Positions 55,946 through 64,000 of a stretch of 64,000 nt of DNA are shown here, piece after piece. The position numbers and the translations under genes are program-made. How positions within the stretch are numbered: position 1 is the first letter of the stretch; the number at the start of each line of letters is the position of its first letter. The notes under the pieces are model-generated. The model was not told where the DNA came from, did no database searches, and saw only the letters and a program-made list of their open reading frames with translations. Origin of the DNA: Camelus dromedarius (lineage: Eukaryota); the NCBI RefSeq assembly GCF_036321535.1, contig NC_087436.1:12276001-12340000 (forward strand), written 5' to 3'.

Positions 55946-58900
55946 CTTCTGCTGAAAAATCAGCTCATAGCCTTATGGGAGGTCCCTTGTATGTTATTCA
56001 TTACTTTTCCCTTGCTGCGTTTAATATTTTCTCTTTATCTTTTTGTCAATTTAATCACAATGTGTCAGTGTGTTCCTCTCTGGGTTAATCTTATATAGAT
56101 CTCTCTGCTCTTTCTGGACTTGGATGACTGTTTCCTTTCCCAGGTTAGGAAAGTTTTCAGCTATGATGTCTTCAAATATATTATTAGCACCTTTCTCTTT
56201 CTCTTTTCCTTCTGGGACCCCTATAGTGTGAAAAAGAGTGTACTTGATGATGTCCCAAAGGTCTCTTAAACAGTCCTCATTTCTTTTCTTTCTTTCTTTT
56301 TTTTTTTTAACATCTGTATTGTGGTATGATTCCTGTACAGTAAACTACACATATTTCAGATGTTTAATTTGAAGAATTTTGATAGATGTGTACACCAATG
56401 AAACCACCGCCACAATAAAGATAGCTAACATTTCCATCACTCCCCAAGAGGTGCAGATTTAGAATTCCTGATTGATCCCTTTGCATCCCCTTTAACCCCT
56501 GGTAACCATAAGTTTGTTATCTATGTCTGTGAGTCTGTTTCTCTTTTATAGGTAAGTTCATGTGTGTCCCCTTTTTCAGATTCCACATATAAGCATTATC
56601 AAATGACATTTTTTTTTCTCTTTCTGACTAACTTCACTTGGAATGACAATCTCCAGGTCCATTCATGCTGTTGCAAATGTATTACTTTATTCTTTTTTAT
56701 GGCTGACTAGTATTACATTATACATATGCATATGTATATGTGTATGTATATGCCAGTGTCACATCTTCTTTATCCAGTCAGTTGTTGATGGACATTTGGG
56801 TTGTTTCCATGTCTTGGCTATTGTAAATAGTGCTGCTGTGAACATTGGGGTGCATGTGTCTTTTTAAATTACATTTTCCTCCAGACATATGTCCAGGATT
56901 GGGATTGCTGGATCATATGGTAACTCTCACTAGTTTTTAAAGGAATCTCCATACTGTTCTCCATAATGGCTGTACCAGTTTACATTCCTATCAACAGTAT
57001 AGGAGGGTTCCTTTTTCTCCACACCCTCTGCAGCATTTATTGTTTGTGGACTTTTTAAGAAGGCCATTCAGACTGGTGTGAGGTGATATCTCATTGTAGT
57101 TTTGATTTGTATTTCTCTAACAGTTAGTGATGTTGAGCATCTTTTCACGTGCTTGTTGGCCATCTGGATGACTTCTTTGGAGAGATGTCTACATTGGTCT
57201 TCTGCTCACTTTTTTTATTGGGTTGCTTGTTTTTCGAAATTAAGCTGTACAAGTTGTTTGTATACTTTGGAAATTAGTCCGTTTTTGATCATATCATTTG
57301 CAAATATTTTCTCACATTCTGTAGGTTGTCTTTTTGTTTTGTTGATGATATCCTTAGCTGTGTAAAAGCTTTTAAGTTTAATTAGAGCCTACTTGTTTAT
57401 TTTTGCTTATATTTCCATTATTCTAGGAGCTGGTTTGAAAAAAATATTGCTGTGATTCATGTCAAAGAGTATTCTGCCTGTTTTTCTCTATGAGTTTTAT
57501 AGTATCTGGTCTTATATTTAGGTTTTTATCCATTTTGAGTTTATTTTTGTTGTGGTGTTAGAGAATGTTCTAATTTCAGGCTTTTACAGGTAGCTGTCCA
57601 GTTTTCACAGCACCCCTTGTTGAAGAGACTGTCTTTTCTCCATTGAATATTCTTGCCTCCTTGGTCGTAGCTTAATTAACCATAAGTGTGTGGGTTTACT
57701 TCTGGACTTTCTGTCCTGTTCCATTGATCTATGTGTCTGTTTTTGTGCCAGTACAATACTGTTTTGATTACTGTAGCTTTGTAGTATAGTCTTAAGTCAA
57801 GGAGCATGATTTCTCCACCTCTGTTCTCTTTTCCCAAGACTGTTTTTGCTGTCCGGGGTCTTTTGTGTTTCTATACAAATTTTAACATTTTTTGTTTCAG
57901 CTCCATGAAAAGTGTCATTGGTAATTTAATAAGGATTGCACTGAATCTGTATATTGCTTGGGTAGTATGGCCATTTTAACAATATTGATTCTGTCGATCC
58001 AAGAACATGGTACATCTTTCCATCTCTTTATGTTGTCTTCATTTTCTTTCATCAGTGCCTTACAGTTTTCATAGTACAGGTCCTTTGCCTCTTTGGGTAG
58101 GTATATACTTAGGTATTTTATTCTGTTTGGTGTGATGGTGAATGCAATTGTTTCCTTAATTTCTTTTTCTGCTATTAAATTGTTAGCATATAGAAATGAA
58201 ACTAATTTCTGTATATTAATTTTGTACCCTGCAACTTTACCAAATTCATTGATGAGCTCTAGTAGTTTTCTTGTCGCTTCTTTAGTATTTTCTATGTATA
58301 GTATCCTGTCATCTGGGAATAGTGACAGTTTTACTTCTTCTTTTCTGATTTGAATTCCCTTTGTTTCTTTTTCTTCACTAATTTCTATGGCTAGGACTTT
58401 CAGAACTATATTGAATAGAAGTGGCAAGAATGTGCATCCTTGTCTTGTTCTTGATTTTGGAGGAAATGCTTTCAGCTTTTCACCATTAAGTATGAGGTTA
58501 GCTATGTGTTGGTCATATATGGCCTTTATTGTGTTGAGATATGTTCCCTCTATGCTCACTTTCTGGAGAGTTTTTATCATAAATGGATGTTGAATTTTAC
58601 CAAAAGCTTTGTTTTTTTTTTTTTTTTGCATCTATTGAGATAATCAAACAGTTTTTATTCTTCAGTTTGTTAATGTTCTGTATCACATTGATTGCTTTGC
58701 CTCGCTCGACCATGGTGTATAGGCATTTGAAGTAGATTTGCTAGTATTTTGTTAAGAATTCTTGCGTCTATATTCACAAATGATATTTACCTATAATTTT
58801 CTTTTTTTGTGATATCTTTGCTTTTCATTTTGGTATCAGGGTGATGGTGGCCTCACAGAATGAGTTTGGAAGTGTTCCTTCCTCTTCAATTTTTGGAATA

Positions 58901-61900
58901 GTTTCAGAAGGAGAGGTGTTAACTCTTCTTTAAACATTTGGTGGAATTCACCTGTCAAGCTTTCTGGTCCTGGACTTTTGTTGTTGGGAGCTTTTTAATT
59001 ACTGACTCCATTTTGGTGCTGGTAATTGGTCTATTCATATTTTCTATTTCTTCCTGATTCAGTCTTGACAAATTGTACCTTTCTAAGAAATTTTCCATTT
59101 CTTCTAGGTTGTCCTTTTTGTTGGTATATAGTTGCTCATAGTAGCCTGTTATGATCCCTTGCATTTCTGTGGTGTCAGTTATGACTTCTCCTTTTTCATT
59201 TCTGACTTTATTGATTCAAGCCCTCTTCCTTTTTTTTCTTGGTAAGCCTAACTAACGGTTCATCAACTGTTTTTCACTTTTTCAAAAAAACAGGTTTTAG
59301 TTTCATTGATTTTTACTATTTTTTTAGTCTCTGTTTCATTTATTTCTGCTCTGATCTTTATGATTTCTTTTCTTCTACTAACTTTTAGTTTTGTTTGGTC
59401 TTCTTTCTCTAGACGCTTTAGGTAAAAAGCTAAGTTGTTTACTTAAGATTTTCTTATTTCCTGAGGTAAGCTTGTATTGGTATAAAATTTCCTCTGAGAA
59501 CTGCTTTTGCCCCGTCCCAAAGGTTTTGGATCATTGTGGTTTTTTTTTTATTTGTCCCAAAGTATTTTTTAATTTCCTCTTCGATTTCTTCAGTGATCCT
59601 TTGGCTGTTTAGTAGCATAAAGTTTAGCCTCCACGTGTTTGCAGTTTTTTTCTTGTAGCTGATTTCTAACCTTATAACATTGTGGTCAGAAAAGATGCTT
59701 GGTATGATTTCAATTTTCTTAAATTTACTGAGGCTTGCTTTGTGGGCCAAATGTAATCAGTTCTACAGAATGTTCCTGTGTGCACTTGAGAAGAATGTGA
59801 GCTCTGTTGCTTTCAGATGGAAATGCTCTATAGATGTCAATTAAGTTCATCTGGTCTAATGTGTCATTTAGGGCCTGTATTTCCTTATTGATTTTCTGTT
59901 TGGATGCTCTCTCCATTGATGTAAGTGGGGTGTTAAGTTCCTCCACTATTATTGGGTTATTGTCGATTTCTCCTTTCATGTCTGTTAACAATTGCCTTAT
60001 ATATTGAGGTGCTCCTATGTTGGGTGCATATATATTTACAATTGTTACATCCTTTTCTTGGATTGATCCCTTGAGCATTATGTAGTGTCCTTCTTTGTCT
60101 CTAGTAACAGTCTTTATTTTAAGATCTATTTTGTCTGATATAAATATTGTTATTGCAGTTTTCTTTTGGTTTCCATTTGCATGGAATGTTCTTTTCATCT
60201 CCTTACTTTCAGCCTGCATGTGTGTCTAGCTCTAGTGGATCTCTTGTAGACAACATGTATATGGATCTTGTTTTTGTATCCATTCAGCCAGTCTATGTCT
60301 TTTAGTTAGAGCATTTAATCCATTTGCATATAAGGTAATTATAGATGCATTTGTTTTTATTGTCATTTTGTTAATTGTTTGGGGTTTGTTTTGTAGGTCT
60401 TTTTTTTTTTTTTTTTCCTCTTTCTTCTTTTTGTTCTCTTTTCTTGTGGTGTGATGACTAGAGAAGTTCCTTTAACATTTGTTGTAAAGCTGGTTTGGTG
60501 GTGCTGAATTCTTTTAGCTTTTGTTTATCTGTGAAGCTTTTGATTTCTCCATCAAATCTGAATGTGTTCCTGGCTGAATAGAGTATTCTTGGTTGTAAGT
60601 TTTCTCCTTTCATCACTTTAAATATACTGTGCCATTCCTTTCTGGCCTGGAGAGTTTCTACTGAAAAATCAGCTGATAACCTTATGGGAGTTCCTTTGTA
60701 TGTTATTTGTTGCTTTTCTTTTGCTGATTTTAATATTTTCTCCTTATCCTTAATTTGTCAACTTGATTACTGTGTACCTCTGTGTGTTCCTCTTTGGGTT
60801 GATCCTATGTGGAACTGTCTGTGCTTCCTGGACTTGGGTGACTGTTTCCTCTCCCAAGTTAGAGAAGTTTTTGGCTATTATCTTTTTGAATATTTTCTCA
60901 GGTCCTTTCTCTCTCTCTTCTCTTTCTGGGACCCCTATAACGTGAATATTAGTGTGCTTCATGTTGTCCTAGATATCTCTTAAACTATCCTCATTTCTTT
61001 TCATTCTGTTCTGTGATAGTGATTTCCACGAATATGTCTTCTAGCTCACTGACCCATTCTTCTGCATCATTTAGTCTATTCTTGATTCTTTCTAGTGTAT
61101 TATTCATTTCAGTGATTTTGTTCTTCAACTCTGTTTAGGTATTCTTTTATTTTTCAACTCTTCGCTAAAATCTTCCCTCTTTGCATCTATATCCCTCCTG
61201 AGTTCTCTGAACATCTTTGCCACCATTACTCTAAACTCTTTCTTAGATAGTTGCCTATATCCTCATCATTTATTTCAACATGTCAGCCTCCAGGAAAGCT
61301 CATGTAGATGAACACTCCTCAAATGTCCACCACTAGCTTTTACGTCCCCAGGGTAAGCCACAGGTGACCCCTACCTCCCCAGAAGATCTTCCAAAACCAG
61401 CAAGCAGGTCTGACCCAGGTTCCTATGAAGTCACTGCCTCTGCCCTTGGACCTGGTGCATGCAAAATTCTGTGTGTGCTTTTCAAGAGAGTGAAGTCTTT
61501 ATTTCCCATTGTCCTGTGGGGTTCCTGGAGTTAAGACTTGCTGGCTTTCAAAGCCAGTTGTTCTGGACTCTCCTCCCAATGGTGGAACCCTGGGCTGGGG
61601 AGCCTAATGTGGGGCTCAGAACTTTCACTCCTGTGGGAGGGCCTCTGCAACTTAATTATTCTTCAGCTTGTGGGTGGCCCACCTGGGGGTATAGGGCCTG
61701 ATCATTTCACAAGCATGCCCCTCCTACTGTCCCACTGAGATTCCCTCTGTATGTTTCCATTTGAAGAGGATCTTTTTTGCTAGGTTCCATCTTTGTTTAG
61801 CACTCAGTTGTGGTTTTTTGTAGTCATGAGGAGAGACAAGCTCATGGTCCTACTACCCTGCCATCTTGACCAGAAATTAACAGTCCTCATTTCTTTTCAT

Positions 61901-63215
61901 TCTTTCTTTTCTTTTTTCTGTTGGGCACCAGGGATTTCCACTACTCTGTCTTCCAGCTCACTAATGTGTTTCTCTAACATTTAGTCTAAGTTGAGTCCTT
62001 CTAGTATATTTTTCATTTCAGTTACAATCTTTTTTTTTATCTCTGTTTGGTTTTTCTTTATATTTTCTAACTCGTTTTAAAAACTTCTAATTTTTTGCTC
62101 TGTGCATCCATTCTTCTCCCAAATTCTTTGATCATCTTTATGATCACTACCCTGAACCCTTTGTTGGTTGTATTGCTTATCTCCACTTCACTTAGTTCTT
62201 CTTCTGGAGTTTTTATCTTGTTCCTTTGCCTGGAATATGTTCTTCTATCACCTCATTTTGCCTAAGCTGCTATTTTATTTTTTGTGTATCTGGTAGATTG
62301 GTTGTATTTCCCAGTCTTGGGAAAGTGGCCTTTTGTAGGAGATGTCCTGTGCATCCCAGCAGTGCACTGCCTTCTCATCACCCAAGTCATATGCTCCAGG
62401 GGGTTCTCACTATTAGGACTGCATGGGACCTTCTGCTGTGACAGGCTCCTTGGGTAGTCTGGTAGGCTCGGTTGGCCCTGATCTGGTTGGTCACCCAGCT
62501 CTCCCTTGTGTGGAGGCTGTCAGTTGCTTGTTGGTGGGGTCTAGTCATGAGGTGGCTAACTACAGAACCTCAGGAGGCCTGGAGCTAATGCTGGCTCACT
62601 GAGCATCCATAAGATTCCAAGGCTGTTGCCTGCCCACTGGTGGGTGAAGCCAGGTCCTGATGTTATTGCTGAACTACTGGTAGGCAGAACCAGGTCCTGG
62701 AGTCTGGTTACAGGGCCCAGGAGTCCCAGAGCTGGTTTCAGATTGCTGGGCCAGGGAGGGCAGTCCCTGACACAAGTAGATACAGGGTCTAGGGTGCCCT
62801 GAAGCCTGCTAGTGGGCAGAGCAGGGCCCAGCTGGTCCCAGGGCAGGATCTGGCCTGCTGTGGGCAGGTTAGGTCTGCAGGCTATAGGGTTTTGGTTTTC
62901 TTGCAACTGGTGTCTGCCCTCTGGTGGGTGAGGCCAGTCCAGAGGCTAGCCCAGGCTTCCTGGAGGGCAGGGCCAGAGCCTAGGGGATTGTGAGGCTGGT
63001 TCTTCTCACTGGCGGACAGAGCTGGATCTTAGCAAGTCTGCCCCTCCTAGCTGTCTCGTTGTGGTTCCTTCTTTAAGTCTTTAGTTGTAGAAGATCTTTT
63101 CTGGTAGACACCAGTCTTTTTCAATGATGGTTGATGTGCAAACAGTTATAATTTGGTGTGCTTGTGAGAGGAAGTGAGCTTAGGGTCTTTCTACTCAACC
63201 ATTTTGGCCAATCCC
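55946..63215 (-). mobile_element. Host LINE-1 (5'UTR and part of ORF1; pieces 55946-56288 and 61879-63215) split by a younger L1 insertion
   Basis: ORF1-type sequence continues across the insertion (…ggtctcttaaacagtcctcatttcttttc | attctttc…gatttccactactctgtcttccagctcact). The GC-rich, internally repetitive 5'UTR spans ~62400-63215 and ends ctactcaaccattttggccaatccc. Confidence 0.85.
56289..61878 (-). mobile_element. Near-full-length, inactivated LINE-1 (~5.6 kb) with a 20-bp TSD
   Basis: Fragments of ORF1 (60750..60962), endonuclease (59725..60219, VNIYAPNIGAP; 59454..59750, IFSDHN) and RT (57915..58631, with LFPDD in place of FADD); poly-T at ~56297-56308. AACAGTCCTCATTTCTTTTC occurs at 56269-56288 and 61879-61898. 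Confidence 0.95.
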
Positions 63216-63250
63216 TTTGAAATTGAATCCTAACAAATGTGACTAATGGT

Positions 63251-63467
63251 TAGTGATCAGAAAACTTTTTATTTAAAGGGCCAGATAGTAAATATTATGA
63301 ACTTTGTAGACTATTTGGTCTGCATTGCAACAGTCTGCCATTTTAGTGTCAAAGCAGCTATAGACAATAACAAATGAATGGACATGATTGTGTTCTGGTA
63401 AAAGTTTAATTACAAAAAACAGTCTTCAGCCCAGATGTCTCCTGTGGGACTTAGTTTGTTGACCCGA
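63251..63467 (+). mobile_element. MER58-like hAT-Charlie MITE
   Basis: aaagggccagatagtaaatatt...aaagcagctatagacaata...aaatgaatggacatgattgtgttc...tagtttgttgaccc. Confidence 0.8.
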
Positions 63468-63572
63468 GCTAAGAAAGTCAGAAGTAAAAGAGTTTAAAAT
63501 TATGTAGTAATAAATGTTTGTCCTCATTTCCCCAGAAAATCACAGAGAATAAAGATATTTGACCTTACCTTC

Positions 63573-64000
63573 TACGGTAGGCAGAATAATGCTCCCCATC
63601 CCCCAAAGATGACCATGCCCTGATCCCCAGAACCTGTGCATATATTACTTTACATGGCAAAAGGAGCTGTGGTTAAGTTAAGGGTCTTGAAATGCAAAAA
63701 TTATCCTGTAATATCTGGGTAGGCTTGAAGTAATCATAAGAGTCCTTACAAGAGGGAGGCAGAGGCTCAGAGAGCTGTTATGGTTGGTTCAAAGCCACAG
63801 TTGAAGATGGAGGAAAGAGACCTGAGCCAGGGAATGAGGGCAGCCTTTAGATGCTGGAAAAATGCAAGGAAACAGATTCGCACCTAGGACCTCTACAAGA
63901 AACACAGTGCTACTTCACCCATTGTAGACCACTGACTTCCACAGCTCTAGGACAATAAACGTGGGCTGCATTGAGCCACTAAGTGTGTGGTAATTTGCTG
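63573..64000 (+). mobile_element. MLT1 (MLT1D-like) MaLR LTR running to the window end
   Basis: ggtaggcagaataatgctcccc...aaagatg...atccccagaacctgtgcatatattactttacatggcaaaagg...gcaaggaaacagattc...gccactaagtgtgtggtaatttg. Confidence 0.85.

Noticed and set aside
57915..60962. RT, endonuclease and ORF1 ORFs as functional genes
   Set aside because: They are fragments of one L1 broken by stops, frameshifts and deletions. The RT motif reads FPDD and the ORF1 start is deleted.

Overview
This is AT-rich mammalian genomic DNA carrying the middle of a tolloid-like 1 (TLL1) gene on the + strand. Ten coding exons (7981-51838, 1400 nt in total) splice into one uninterrupted frame encoding CUB1-CUB2-EGF1-CUB3-EGF2 and the first half of CUB4. 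By analogy with human TLL1, recalled from memory, these are exons 9-18. The astacin protease exons lie upstream of the window and the last exons downstream. The introns hold many LINE-1 fragments, mostly antisense to the gene, plus L2, MIR, MaLR LTRs and hAT/Tigger DNA-transposon relics. I see no Alu, B1/B2, SINEC, PRE-1, CHR or Bov-type SINEs, while the L1 3' ends look cetartiodactyl, which tentatively suggests a camelid. I found no convincing novel gene or multi-gene system. The most notable observations are: a GC-AG intron after a symmetric exon that begins with GT; an extra, apparently unpaired cysteine in CUB2; possible truncated isoforms by intron read-through; several atypical TSD-flanked L1 insertions that keep their 5' ends (5'UTR-only, convergent-inverted, and L1 nested in L1 with a chimeric 3' tail); and a CpG-rich L2 relic containing a perfect hairpin. 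Repeat family names and boundaries are by-eye estimates, not database results.
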